Translations under genes and position numbers: made by a program
Part shown: positions 18,569 through 28,264 of the stretch, one piece after another
Layout: every line of letters begins with the position of its first letter
Position numbering within the stretch: position 1 is the first letter of the stretch
The notes under the pieces: generated by a model
What the model was told of the DNA's origin: nothing
Databases searched by the model: none
The model's input: only the letters and a program-made list of their open reading frames with translations
Source: a virus
Length of the DNA stretch: 60,899 nucleotides
IMG/VR virus record: IMGVR_UViG_3300012207_000001
Strand: one strand, 5' to 3'

Positions 18569-19282
18569 TTAGAAAAAGATAGTAAATCCTGCATTGGAAG
18601 CTGATCCTGCCAGGAAGACACCCGTTACAAATGGTGCATGACAGACGTAAGGCACGCCATTTACGGTTGCAGCCGATGGCACGAAGGCTATCTTCGTTCC
18701 ACTTGCAGCATTGTTATCATAAAAGATCAAGTCTGCACTACCGGTTGCAGTGATAAGAATACTACCTAGCATCCCTGGTCCTGTGATAAAGGTATCACCA
18801 GTGTGACCAGCCGCTACAGCAAGGCTTTGCGTTCCATCGTTGTTGATAAATCCGATCTGGCCATTGTTGGTAAGCAAGCGCGCATATGTGGTCAAGAGTT
18901 GAAACCCTGGCAACCCGTACGTAAACAATTGCAACCCGCCCGTAGCAAAGCCAGACGTGTATGAGGTCATCTTGACTTGAAAGTACGGAGCAAAGACCTG
19001 TACACCTGCAGTGGCATTAATTGTAGAGTTGAAGCCAGCACTTGATACGTCTCCAGCATCAAGTGTATCCATTGGATACATCTTGATAGTTCGCCATGTT
19101 GACCCATCATAACTGATCTGAGGCTCTAAGATACCGTCATAAACATCCGGTCCGAGATGTAAGCTTATCCATTTATATTGACGTACATCAGTTGGGGGAA
19201 TAAGCAAGTCATTAAGAGCCCCGGCAGGGCTTCCTACTACTTCCTTAATATCCCCGGTATCAACATATATTCCGTTTGGCAT
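18569..19282 (-). CDS. Tail-associated hypothetical protein.
   Basis: The internal ATG at 19282 follows the stop of the upstream gene. The longer track ORF would overlap that gene by 53 nt. Confidence 0.45.
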   Translation of the reverse strand: MPNGIYVDTGDIKEVVGSPAGALNDLLIPPTDVRQYKWISLHLGPDVYDGILEPQISYDGSTWRTIKMYPMDTLDAGDVSSAGFNSTINATAGVQVFAPYFQVKMTSYTSGFATGGLQLFTYGLPGFQLLTTYARLLTNNGQIGFINNDGTQSLAVAAGHTGDTFITGPGMLGSILITATGSADLIFYDNNAASGTKIAFVPSAATVNGVPYVCHAPFVTGVFLAGSASNAGFTIFF

Positions 19283-19298
19283 GCGTTTTGTATCCTTC

Positions 19299-19805
19299 TT
19301 ATTTGCCGATAATTGAGATCGAAAATGTGTAGCCAGGCGTGGCTGTACCACCTAGCACCCAACGTAATTGGCAGGTTGCACCAAAGGATGCGTTTGTGGT
19401 AAAGCCGCTCCCGATGCTGGCTATCACTTGTGCAGGGGAGGTATTATTTACTACGCTAGAAGCCCAGATGTTATACGCAATTCCATCGGCCCCGATGGTG
19501 TCAATGAAAAACTGGATAGTAGGCGTTGTGCCCGTCTTTGCCGTGATGTTGACCCCGACTGCAAGCTCAGTAAACGGTCCTGTCACAAAACTTGACGAAG
19601 TAAAAGGCGTGGTCGTTGTTGCAGCTGATGCCTGAGTGAACACCGTACGGCTTGCATGATGTGTACAGATCGGTGCGCTATCATTGCTTGACCCATCGGT
19701 ATTGACAGACTTACTTGATTCGGCTGCCTTGAAACCGACGCCCGGTACATAACCTTGCGACGTTTGGACTGTTCCCCCGTCAACAATTTGATTTCCAAAT
19801 GCCAT
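19299..19805 (-). CDS. Tail-associated hypothetical beta-rich protein.
   Basis: ORF packed tightly after the Dit-like gene. Confidence 0.45.
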   Translation of the reverse strand: MAFGNQIVDGGTVQTSQGYVPGVGFKAAESSKSVNTDGSSNDSAPICTHHASRTVFTQASAATTTTPFTSSSFVTGPFTELAVGVNITAKTGTTPTIQFFIDTIGADGIAYNIWASSVVNNTSPAQVIASIGSGFTTNASFGATCQLRWVLGGTATPGYTFSISIIGK

Positions 19806-19811
19806 TCTGTT

Positions 19812-22235
19812 TTATCCTCCTGTAGCGGTTACTTGCCACGTGGTCGGTTCTAGTGTGCCATCGGCCCAGACACGTCCATACAGCGATGTAGGATAGCCTA
19901 GCGCACGAAAGGTCATACGGTAAACTGTGCTGGTTGCAAGCGTGATAGACGCCGTTGCAAGCGTGCTTGACGTGCCATTCCGTTTGCGGGTTATGGTGAT
20001 AGTGGTTGTGGATACTGACAGCCGATAGTAATTGTTGTTGTCAATCCATCGCAAGAATAGCTCCGCACTAATCGTACTGGCAGAAAGAGAGAAGCGGATT
20101 CTTCCCTCCTGATCCGTTATCACGCGTGTCCCATAGATAGCAATAACATCCCCGGTTGTATTGGTGATTAGAGCTTTATTGGAGGTGAGCGCCTTCGTGC
20201 CTGTCCCGGTAATCGCGTAGGTTTGACCGTCAGTACCCGTTCCAAACGAGCCTGACACATTACCCCTTGTCATCGTGTCAAACCCCGTCGGCACCGTTGT
20301 ACGCGTTCCTGACGAGCTATAGAAGCCCACAACTAAAGCGCGTAACGCCGTGATGATAGGGGTATTCTGGAAAACAAAGGTAAAGGTCAAGCGGAATACC
20401 AGGGAAGCGCTTGATAGGCTCTGTCCTGATGTAAGGGAAGGCAAGGCACCGTCTATAGTATCGGTTGCGTAGTTCGTGCCTCCATCGATGGAAGATTCCA
20501 CAAGTAACCCACTGCCAGGAACGGTATTTGTAACCCGTAGCAGGCTATTGCCATACGAGACAGCAGAGGCAAGGGAGGTAGCAGGGCTTACCCATGACGC
20601 GGTACCTGTGATGTTTGCAGTGATAAAAAGTCCAGAAAACTGAAACCCGTAAGTTTGCCCAGAAAACCCGCCGCCATCGGTGGCTCCGTACACTCCAACA
20701 TTTGACCCTGTTGTGAGTGAAGCGTCGGTTACATTGAAAATTTGAGTGAACGGTGAACCTATGTTTCCATCGCTTGTAGATATTTTATGGTTATGCGTTG
20801 CTGCCGTGTACACGATTTTTATGGCACACTGCCCAGTTATACTAACCTGGCTACCTGTTAACGCAGTGGGACCGGCTATAGCTGTCCCCCCATTCTTTAG
20901 CAGTGAAAGGGTATACGTTGTGACCGTCGTGCCTGGTCCACTTGGATTTACCGTAGTATAGTCAAGTTTTACCCAATACCCATAAGAGTTAGCAGATGTG
21001 CTAAATGATGGATTCAAGTAAGTGGGTCCACTCGGATCTGCGTTATTGTTAAATATGTCTACATCAGGATTTATCTGTACAATATAAGTCATATTCGTAT
21101 AGGTTCCTATGCTTGCAAATTGGTTATGGCTATGTTGTACAGAATCACCGGCCCCTTGATAAGCAAGTAATCCAGTTGATACAAAGTAACTTGTTATTCC
21201 CGCAGTATCGAAATGATTTATTGTTGTACCGAAGCCTGATTGCATATCAATACCTAATGTATTGTTTGTAAATGCGGTTGTACCGTTGTGTGTCCCTGCA
21301 TTCCAATCGGATTGTGTATGCGCGAAGTACTGCACATCAGACTTTGCACAGGCCGCCGCCGGTACTATCGCTACTGCAACGCTAAGCAGAGTAGCAACGC
21401 TCCCATCCGAACTAGTAAATAGTTCCTTCAGGATAAGGGTTTGACCCGGCATGTTTTGGCCAGGGAACAAGCCGGGAATGGCGTTATCATTGGTACATAC
21501 CTGAAAGGTCACTCCCCCGTCAATACTGCTTTGTATAGTGAAGACGTTATTTTGTCCTGTGACGACGTTCCAATGGATATGCGAACTACCTAGCACTCCT
21601 GCATTGGAGAGGTCATAGGCCGGGCTTACACGGTTCCCGGTTGCACCTGTCAAAGAAAATGCGTTTGCCGTAACGCTAGTGAGTGTGCCTTGCAGGAAAT
21701 CGGCTTGTACTTGCTCTGAAATGTTGACGATAGAACCGGCTGGTGTTAGTTCTAAATCACCGTCCTGTGTATTCGAGGTCGCAACCGTTCCTGCTAGAAT
21801 ACCTTTACTAAAGTCAGACGTGGTTCGATCCGCATGTAGAGCAGCTGCAACGGTTATCCCCTCATTGGAGGCTATGCGTTGTACGAGGTCAACCGCAACG
21901 TCACCTGAATACCAGTTCGTGTAATTCTGGCTATTCGTTCGTTTGTCGAATAAATATTGCATGTCAGTGCAGGTAAGCGCATGCATGATTTCAGTTACGC
22001 TCGAATCGGCTGAAGTCTTTACCGGATCATCCGTTTGTACATAGCCCTGGTACAGCAAGCCTAGCACGCTATCAGCGATAGAGATAGGATCGCCCCGATG
22101 GAAGGACTGCGTACCTGCACTGTCCTTTACGGTAAGCGTTAAAGGGCTTCGTGCTTCAAGCACATCTGAGTACGCTATGCTGGCATCTAAGACGGTAACG
22201 CTTACCCCTGCTATGGTACATGCAATCGTTCCCAT
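19812..22235 (-). CDS. Distal tail protein (Dit-like) with a large C-terminal carbohydrate-binding-like extension.
   Basis: It lies immediately downstream of the tape measure. The N-terminus has the Sipho_tail-like pattern (ITVLDASIAY...PLTLTVKD...). The C-terminal module is LamG-like. Confidence 0.55.
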   Translation of the reverse strand: MGTIACTIAGVSVTVLDASIAYSDVLEARSPLTLTVKDSAGTQSFHRGDPISIADSVLGLLYQGYVQTDDPVKTSADSSVTEIMHALTCTDMQYLFDKRTNSQNYTNWYSGDVAVDLVQRIASNEGITVAAALHADRTTSDFSKGILAGTVATSNTQDGDLELTPAGSIVNISEQVQADFLQGTLTSVTANAFSLTGATGNRVSPAYDLSNAGVLGSSHIHWNVVTGQNNVFTIQSSIDGGVTFQVCTNDNAIPGLFPGQNMPGQTLILKELFTSSDGSVATLLSVAVAIVPAAACAKSDVQYFAHTQSDWNAGTHNGTTAFTNNTLGIDMQSGFGTTINHFDTAGITSYFVSTGLLAYQGAGDSVQHSHNQFASIGTYTNMTYIVQINPDVDIFNNNADPSGPTYLNPSFSTSANSYGYWVKLDYTTVNPSGPGTTVTTYTLSLLKNGGTAIAGPTALTGSQVSITGQCAIKIVYTAATHNHKISTSDGNIGSPFTQIFNVTDASLTTGSNVGVYGATDGGGFSGQTYGFQFSGLFITANITGTASWVSPATSLASAVSYGNSLLRVTNTVPGSGLLVESSIDGGTNYATDTIDGALPSLTSGQSLSSASLVFRLTFTFVFQNTPIITALRALVVGFYSSSGTRTTVPTGFDTMTRGNVSGSFGTGTDGQTYAITGTGTKALTSNKALITNTTGDVIAIYGTRVITDQEGRIRFSLSASTISAELFLRWIDNNNYYRLSVSTTTITITRKRNGTSSTLATASITLATSTVYRMTFRALGYPTSLYGRVWADGTLEPTTWQVTATGG

Positions 22236-24167
22236 TTAGTGACTCCCTGACATGTACGCACGCATGACGGGCGCTAAGTTCGGCGCTATCATCTGTGTAA
22301 GCATTTTCCCATCAAGAAATACCTGGAAAGTAACCGGCCCGTTGTTACTACTGCCTGACCCTGCAAGAGAAGAGATACTTGTACCGTTCCCGTTAATGGG
22401 TACAACCGTCCCGCCCCCACTGCCAAAGTTGATAAGTTCAGGTCCATCTTCTGAGGTAATGCCCCATCCTGAAATATTTGTACCACCTCCTGCATAATGA
22501 GGGATTTGCAGATCTACACCGTTTCCCATGCTTGCAGCACTGCCTACACGTGTTATGGACTGCCATAATTGTTGTAGGAAATTATCACTTTGATTGGCGG
22601 CATCCCCGATAGCCTTGATGTTATCTACGGTCTTTGCGCTACTCCATGTACTCAGGTCGGTAAAGTGTGCTTGTAGTGTGCCTGCATGCTGGCCAGCCGT
22701 ATCTAATTGGTCCTGTAATGAGCCTGGTACAACGTCTCCAAGTGACGTAGCGGTTTTATTAGCTGCATCAGATAAAGCGGCTGTTTGTGCTCTCATGTTT
22801 GCCATGTAGGTAGCGCCAATGTCAAGCGCCTTTGTTGCCGTTCCCGTTGCCGTTGATAAGTTGCCTACTGAGGTTGCCGCTGCCCCTGTCGTACGGGTTA
22901 GATCGTTTGTGGCGGCATTAAATTGTTGGGCAGTCTGCGTTGTTGAGTCTGTTACTCCGTCTAATTTGTTCATAGCGGTTGCTAACTGAGCAGTGCCGTC
23001 TGCCGGGTTCGTCCCTCCCTTTTGCCCGAATGCATGCGCTAATGCATCTCCGAAATTAGTAATACCAACTGCAGCCCCGTTAATAAGCGTTAGTAAATCG
23101 GTCAAGCCTGCAACCACGGGTCCAACAATAATAGTGGCAACCTTGCCTAGAATGTCAGTAAAGCTTTGCCACTGCTTCGTAAAATCTCCTGCACTCTGTT
23201 GACCTTTATAGAGGTCATCCATACCTTTTACAATTGCGGTTGTGGCTTGTGCAGCAGTGATAGCCCCGTCTGCTACCTTCTTCTCTGCCTCTGGTACCGT
23301 GATGCCTAATCCGTCTGCAAGCGCTTGCCAGGCTTGTACACCTGTATCCTGTAATCGGGTCATGCTTTGAGCAGTGACTTTTCCTTCTGATTGGATTTTT
23401 TCAAGTGATGTTGCAATGGCAGACATTTTGTCTGTACCGCCTCCAAGCGCATCAACCGCTTCCCCGATAGCGGCTATCTCAGGTGCTACGTTTGATGCGT
23501 CGGTACCCATGGCAAGGAGTTTCTGTCCAACAGCCTCTACCCCGTCCGTAGGTAAACCTAGAGCCTCTGCAAGCTTCTCCAATTGGTCTTGTAAGTCGTG
23601 TGCAACCTGTACATCCCCGCCCATGCTATCTGACATCTGTTGCAGGTTTTGTTGTGCGTCAAGGGCAGGGGCAGCCACTTGCTGAAGCACTTGTACGAGC
23701 ATTTGAGCGGTCGCAATAAATCCTAGAGCAGAGCTAGTAACGTCCACAAGCGTACTCCCAAACGCTTGCATACTACCGGTCATGGTCGTGATGCCGCCTC
23801 CACTATTGGCAGAGGCACTAACGTTCTTGAGGCTATCGGCTACTGACTTCGCTTCTGCATCAACTCCTTCTAGCGCTTTGACCACTTGCTGTGATCTATC
23901 CGCTATTTCGTTTTCGCTTGTGCTGGCTTCTCCAAGCATCTTCATACTATCCGATGCTTGCTGAGCAGATGCGTCAATACCCCTTAGACTTTCCGATGCA
24001 TCGACTGCCCCGGTACCGATATCATGTAAACTATCAGCCCCCGATGCTATCCCCTTGATAGCATCCTCAGCTTTTTGAGAAGAAGAGACGACCCTATCCG
24101 CACCTGATGCAAATTCCGTTGAATCAGCCACAAACTTTGTCGTAAGCGTTGTTGTGCTATCTGGCAT
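22236..24167 (-). CDS. Tail tape measure protein.
   Basis: 643 aa, rich in A/G/T/Q/D and low in complexity with helical repeats. It lies directly downstream of the frameshifted chaperone pair. Confidence 0.8.
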   Translation of the reverse strand: MPDSTTTLTTKFVADSTEFASGADRVVSSSQKAEDAIKGIASGADSLHDIGTGAVDASESLRGIDASAQQASDSMKMLGEASTSENEIADRSQQVVKALEGVDAEAKSVADSLKNVSASANSGGGITTMTGSMQAFGSTLVDVTSSALGFIATAQMLVQVLQQVAAPALDAQQNLQQMSDSMGGDVQVAHDLQDQLEKLAEALGLPTDGVEAVGQKLLAMGTDASNVAPEIAAIGEAVDALGGGTDKMSAIATSLEKIQSEGKVTAQSMTRLQDTGVQAWQALADGLGITVPEAEKKVADGAITAAQATTAIVKGMDDLYKGQQSAGDFTKQWQSFTDILGKVATIIVGPVVAGLTDLLTLINGAAVGITNFGDALAHAFGQKGGTNPADGTAQLATAMNKLDGVTDSTTQTAQQFNAATNDLTRTTGAAATSVGNLSTATGTATKALDIGATYMANMRAQTAALSDAANKTATSLGDVVPGSLQDQLDTAGQHAGTLQAHFTDLSTWSSAKTVDNIKAIGDAANQSDNFLQQLWQSITRVGSAASMGNGVDLQIPHYAGGGTNISGWGITSEDGPELINFGSGGGTVVPINGNGTSISSLAGSGSSNNGPVTFQVFLDGKMLTQMIAPNLAPVMRAYMSGSH

Positions 24168-24808
24168 TTATTCCTTCTTCCCGTAAATCAGTGATGCAAC
24201 CGCACATAGTGCGTTAAACTGTTGCCGATAGGCTCTATCTTCCTCTGCCATGAGGAAGGCAAACCAGTTAGAAATTTCTACACTATCAAGATCCGCAAGC
24301 AAATCCTCTAAATGTTTGTAGTCTAACCTTGCCTGGAGTTGTCGATAGCGGTACTCTTCGTTACCGCAAGCAAGTTTTTTCTTGCTTGCTCTACCGTCGA
24401 TCCATCCACTTTCGAGAGCAGTACTACAGTCTGGGCCAACATATCGACGATAGCGCCTTCATCCTCTGTCATGAGTGCTCGATAGTCCCCTGCCTGGATA
24501 AAGGTCTTACGTGTCTCAGGATGCAAACAGAAAGTCGAGACGAGATGGAAGTTGAGTTTCTTGCGCCATGCAGGGTCTTGTGGATCTTGTGATTGAAGCC
24601 AGCCAGTGTATTCGTATCTCTGCTCGCCATTCATCGCAACAATGAGTACCGTACAATCCCATTCAGGAACGGGTATAAGTACCTCAGGACGTTTGTGTTT
24701 GCGTCCAAAGATGTGCTGTCTCATAGCAACGGCATCCTTCAAAACAGCTTGTGCAGGAGGCTCTACGCCATTGGTTATTGGTGTATCGGTCGTGATAAGT
24801 TCTTCCAT
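24168..24808 (-). CDS. Tail assembly chaperone -1 frameshift product (gpGT-like).
   Basis: The -1 frame is open from the slippery site to a TAA at 24168-24170, which abuts the tape-measure ATG (TAAATG). Confidence 0.6.
24323..24808 (-). CDS. Tail assembly chaperone (gpG-like).
   Basis: It sits between the tail tube and the tape measure and contains a slippery heptamer near its 3' end. Confidence 0.7.
   Translation of the reverse strand: MEELITTDTPITNGVEPPAQAVLKDAVAMRQHIFGRKHKRPEVLIPVPEWDCTVLIVAMNGEQRYEYTGWLQSQDPQDPAWRKKLNFHLVSTFCLHPETRKTFIQAGDYRALMTEDEGAIVDMLAQTVVLLSKVDGSTVEQARKNLLAVTKSTAIDNSRQG
24374..24380 (-). promoter_or_regulatory. -1 programmed frameshift slippery heptamer A AAA AAC.
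   Basis: The minus strand reads gca ag[A AAA AAC] ttg in the gpG frame, which fits X XXY YYZ. Confidence 0.6.
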
Positions 24809-24826
24809 TCGTGTGTTTCTTTCCTA

Positions 24827-25468
24827 TTAAGTTGCGAGATAATAGATATCTTTTTTTGCTTCAAAGGTGACTTTTTGCATTTGCATGCCTTGCGCATCCG
24901 ATGAAGGTTCAACTGCTGTTATCCTGGCAGCAAACTGCCATCGTAGGCTATTGGCTTTATCAACAAAAAGCTGTAGCATCACTTGCTCTTCACTTGCAGC
25001 AAGCTCAGCAAATAACCGTCCATCAGTACGCCATGTATCGATACTACCGGTTGCACCCCGGGTAGTGGGCGTGAATGTTTCCCATCCCCCGCTACTTTGA
25101 AACGAGGTCGTATTCGTGCTCTTCCCTTTCAGGGATAAAGCCCACTTGTTGGCAGAGCCTAACTGAGTCACATTGAAATACGATCCCGCATGGATGCGTA
25201 CATGATTGTTCGTGTTTACCACCCTTGCAGTATTAAACACGATTTGACCTATTGCCCACAAGAAGGTATAGTCCGTCACCGTGACCCAGCTAGTGCTACC
25301 GTCAGGACTATTTTGTACCGTCATCGTCTGGTTATCGTCCCAGAATGTATGGGTTGCAGCCGTGTATGTGATATGGTCACCAGAGTCAGTACACGCCTCG
25401 TCAGACGTACTTATTGCAGGCTGTGTTGATAGCCACACATCGGCATTGACCCCCGCTACAATGCTCAT
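24827..25468 (-). CDS. Major tail (tube) protein, long paralog.
   Basis: Its position fits. It shares KGK-x-NTT-F-xSGxWET-TPT-RG with 25478..25861. Confidence 0.55.
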   Translation of the reverse strand: MSIVAGVNADVWLSTQPAISTSDEACTDSGDHITYTAATHTFWDDNQTMTVQNSPDGSTSWVTVTDYTFLWAIGQIVFNTARVVNTNNHVRIHAGSYFNVTQLGSANKWALSLKGKSTNTTSFQSSGGWETFTPTTRGATGSIDTWRTDGRLFAELAASEEQVMLQLFVDKANSLRWQFAARITAVEPSSDAQGMQMQKVTFEAKKDIYYLAT

Positions 25469-25477
25469 ACTAGCCTC

Positions 25478-25861
25478 CTAAGAGTAGGTAAGCGACCCGG
25501 TACCCGTAAAGGCAAACTTCACGGTTGTCATGTTCTGGGCATCGGCTGCCGGGTCAATTCCTGACAAGATGGCTGATCCTGTCCAGTTATGCGTGCCATC
25601 GATGTTAAACACAACCGTCACCACAGCATTTAAATCGCCAAACAGGGTAACTTGCGATGCATCCCCATTGTCTGGCCAGCCATCTGCAGTTGCCGTCCAA
25701 CCCCTAACCGTAGGGGTGTTTGTCTCCCATGCGCCCGACGCCCCAAACGCGGTCGTGTTGGCCATTTTACCCTTTGCAGAGACAGACCATTTCTGTAAGT
25801 TTGCAATAGTCGTTGAGGTCAGTTGTACCTTTCCCCCTACCCCTGTCGCTGGAAAACTCAT
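25478..25861 (-). CDS. Tail tube protein paralog, short.
   Basis: KGKMANTTAFGASGAWETNTPTVRGWTATADGW aligns with KGKSTNTTSFQSSGGWETFTPTTRGATGSIDTW in the neighbouring gene. Confidence 0.5.
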   Translation of the reverse strand: MSFPATGVGGKVQLTSTTIANLQKWSVSAKGKMANTTAFGASGAWETNTPTVRGWTATADGWPDNGDASQVTLFGDLNAVVTVVFNIDGTHNWTGSAILSGIDPAADAQNMTTVKFAFTGTGSLTYS

Positions 25862-25881
25862 GATAACCCCCTATTATCCTA

Positions 25882-26220
25882 TTATCCTAATGACCGTTCA
25901 AAGTCATGCTCTAATTGTCTGCCGATGTAATCCACTGCCGGGTCGTAAAAAGGTCTAGGAGCCATGTAACGTGTTCCGTAGTTCACGTCAGCCGCGTACG
26001 GTACCTCATTCGAGACAGTCAGTTCAGTACCCGTTACCTCAACTACATTTCCATCTCTGAGTCTCCCAGACCGTACTGGTGTCAGGCTATCCATGTATGC
26101 CTTCCCATCGCTGGCATCATTTGTCATGATTTCGTTTATGATGTCTGGCAACTTTTCCGCCATGTCCTGTACTGATTGGATCAACCCCTCGAAATCTGCA
26201 ATCTGTATCTCTATTTCCAT
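25882..26220 (-). CDS. HK97 gp10-family tail-component protein.
   Basis: RSGRLRDG...YAADVNYGTRYMAPRPFYDPAV is typical of the gp10 family. The start at 26220 abuts the upstream stop. Confidence 0.6.
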   Translation of the reverse strand: MEIEIQIADFEGLIQSVQDMAEKLPDIINEIMTNDASDGKAYMDSLTPVRSGRLRDGNVVEVTGTELTVSNEVPYAADVNYGTRYMAPRPFYDPAVDYIGRQLEHDFERSLG

Positions 26221-26222
26221 CT

Positions 26223-26648
26223 TTACGTAGCCTTTACCCTGATAAGGTACAGCGCCCCGGTTGAGTTCCACTGCTCACCATTCACATCCTCGTCAAGTTG
26301 CAAGGTCTGGAATGGATAGCAAGATTTGATAACGCCGCCGGTAACCGTTACGTCGGTGTCCGTCATGAGCAAGCCGTCAAGCATTCCTGCACAGGTGAGC
26401 ACATCGGACGTATTGGTTGCGAGCCCAACCGCTTTGACTTGATAGAGTATTTCTGTGTAGGCTTTGACATTTTGAAATGCCATCTTGACCGATCCGGTTT
26501 GATGCGCAAACACGACAAAGGGTACTGAGGTACCAATAGGAGCCATGCCACGGTGTACACCCCCTACTGCAATTGCTGCAAGGTCGGTACTCCCCGACAA
26601 GGTTGCATAAATGTATTGCAGTCCTAGTGTTACCTCATGTGTTGCCAT
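26223..26648 (-). CDS. Head-tail joining or tail completion protein.
   Basis: 141 aa in the connector region. Confidence 0.45.
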   Translation of the reverse strand: MATHEVTLGLQYIYATLSGSTDLAAIAVGGVHRGMAPIGTSVPFVVFAHQTGSVKMAFQNVKAYTEILYQVKAVGLATNTSDVLTCAGMLDGLLMTDTDVTVTGGVIKSCYPFQTLQLDEDVNGEQWNSTGALYLIRVKAT

Positions 26649-26651
26649 TGC

Positions 26652-26828
26652 TTATTTACGCTCCTTTGGACCTGTAGCAGGTAAATCAAAGGGCTTCCAT
26701 CCTCGTGTTTTACGCTCTTCCTCTTGCACCTTTGCGATTTCATCACGTACAACCCTACGAATGAATGCACGTAACCCTTCCGGGTGAGTTGGCATTGTTT
26801 CGTACTCTGGTTTCTTTTCTTCTTCCAT
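26652..26828 (-). CDS. Hypothetical small protein, 58 aa, below the track cutoff.
   Basis: The start overlaps the upstream stop (TAATG). It translates MEEEKKPEYETMPTHPEGLRAFIRRVVRDEIAKVQEEE... and fills an otherwise empty 180-nt gap. Confidence 0.4.
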   Translation of the reverse strand: MEEEKKPEYETMPTHPEGLRAFIRRVVRDEIAKVQEEERKTRGWKPFDLPATGPKERK

Positions 26829-27205
26829 TAGTGCAGGCTCCCATAGGCTTTACGTTCGGTTACTAACAGTTCAATCGTTGTCTGGGCTTCGGCAGGGGTT
26901 GACACGCTGGTTACGTCAAATACTCTCCTACCGTAAAGCATGCGCATTTTCGTTGTGATGTTCATGGAAGGTCTATAGCGTAGTAGGACGCGTTGGTATT
27001 CCGTTGCATAGAACTGGCTTGCTAGCACGTCCTTACGTCCCTTCCATGCCTGTATGTGTGCCCACGTAGTCAACACGGTTGTATAGTTGGGAACAGGGCT
27101 CCCTACCCCGTCGGTTGCATTCCCCGATGGGAGTTGAAAGGACACACGACGGTTAAATGCACCAGCCCCGACTGTCGTATCAACACTATTGAGCACATCA
27201 GCCAT
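26828..27205 (-). CDS. Head closure or head-tail adaptor protein.
   Basis: The FNRRVSFQ...W..I.......RY pattern is typical of HK97 gp9/SPP1 gp16-like adaptors. Confidence 0.55.
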   Translation of the reverse strand: MADVLNSVDTTVGAGAFNRRVSFQLPSGNATDGVGSPVPNYTTVLTTWAHIQAWKGRKDVLASQFYATEYQRVLLRYRPSMNITTKMRMLYGRRVFDVTSVSTPAEAQTTIELLVTERKAYGSLH

Positions 27206-27396
27206 TAGCGGTACTCCTTACCAATAAGCCGAGGATCGTAAGGCATACCAGTATAAGGAGAAATAGGCAAATGCTCTGGCATTATTGATTCCGGTTGTTC
27301 TCGCATCTCTTCCCATTCCTCTTGCATCGGATGCTCCTGTTTTAATTGTTTCTCTTTCTTCCTCTTAGTAAGAAAGGAAAGAGGTATCAGACCCAT
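27205..27396 (-). CDS. Hypothetical small protein.
   Basis: ORF packed tightly in the head-tail connector region. Confidence 0.4.
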   Translation of the reverse strand: MGLIPLSFLTKRKKEKQLKQEHPMQEEWEEMREQPESIMPEHLPISPYTGMPYDPRLIGKEYR

Positions 27397-27398
27397 TG

Positions 27399-27632
27399 TT
27401 ACCCGTTCCTTGCAATGGCAGCATTTGCCATCATGTTACTGTATTCAAGCTCAGTTAACGCAAGCGATTGTTCACGACTGGCAGGGGTCAATTGAACTAC
27501 AAGCAAGGCAAGGGATTTATAGGCATCCCGTAACTGTGTATAGGTCACTACCTGCTCAGGAGTTGGCGCATGATATGTAAAATCACGCTCGATTCGCTCT
27601 TGTACGGTCATGGGTGTTGCATTCATATCCAA
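27399..27632 (-). CDS. Hypothetical small protein.
   Basis: ORF packed tightly in the connector region. Confidence 0.4.
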   Translation of the reverse strand: MDMNATPMTVQERIERDFTYHAPTPEQVVTYTQLRDAYKSLALLVVQLTPASREQSLALTELEYSNMMANAAIARNG

Positions 27633-28252
27633 TCCACTCTTTTACTTAGAAACTTTGTAATAATCGGCAAAGGCAAGTCTTCAGCCTCACGGAATTGATA
27701 CCAGTACGCAACCGCCTCCATTATTCCCTGCATGAGCACATAGGGTAGAGGATAGGTTGCAGCGTACCCACACGTGTAGGTAAACCTCCAGAAGTTCGCG
27801 GTAATCGGGTCTTGAAAGTACATCCTGGCAGGTTCCGTTGTATTGTCTAGCCATGTGTTACCCGTAAACGGTATCCAATCATCGAACGCGATAACCTTTG
27901 TCTCGACAAGCGAAACCGCTTGTACAGGAGGCATTGAGAGGTCAAAGTAGAATTGAGCGGCCCCAAACGGATTAGCGCCCAGTTGTTCCTGGTACTGATA
28001 CCAGTTTGGAGCCCGTTCGATTGACCCTGACAATGAGCCCCCGATAGGACGTTCTATGGTAAAGAGTTCTTGTATTGTCTGAGTAGCCATTGCACGATGC
28101 GTTACCTCTTCTGCCAGCGCACGCGCGCGCGTGATTAAGCCCGTTATCATTGCATTGTCGTCATCGAAATCAACACGTAAGTATGATTTCATATCTTGCA
28201 GCAATATAGGCTCTATGGCAGGAGGGGCTATAACCTTAAATGAGCTACTCAT
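27623..28252 (-). CDS. gp6-like head-tail connector protein.
   Basis: PAIEPILLQDMKSYLRVDFDDDNAMITGLITRARALAEEVTHRAM matches the characteristic N-terminal helix pattern. Confidence 0.6.
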   Translation of the reverse strand: MSSSFKVIAPPAIEPILLQDMKSYLRVDFDDDNAMITGLITRARALAEEVTHRAMATQTIQELFTIERPIGGSLSGSIERAPNWYQYQEQLGANPFGAAQFYFDLSMPPVQAVSLVETKVIAFDDWIPFTGNTWLDNTTEPARMYFQDPITANFWRFTYTCGYAATYPLPYVLMQGIMEAVAYWYQFREAEDLPLPIITKFLSKRVDWI

Positions 28253-28264
28253 ACGTTGTTACCC

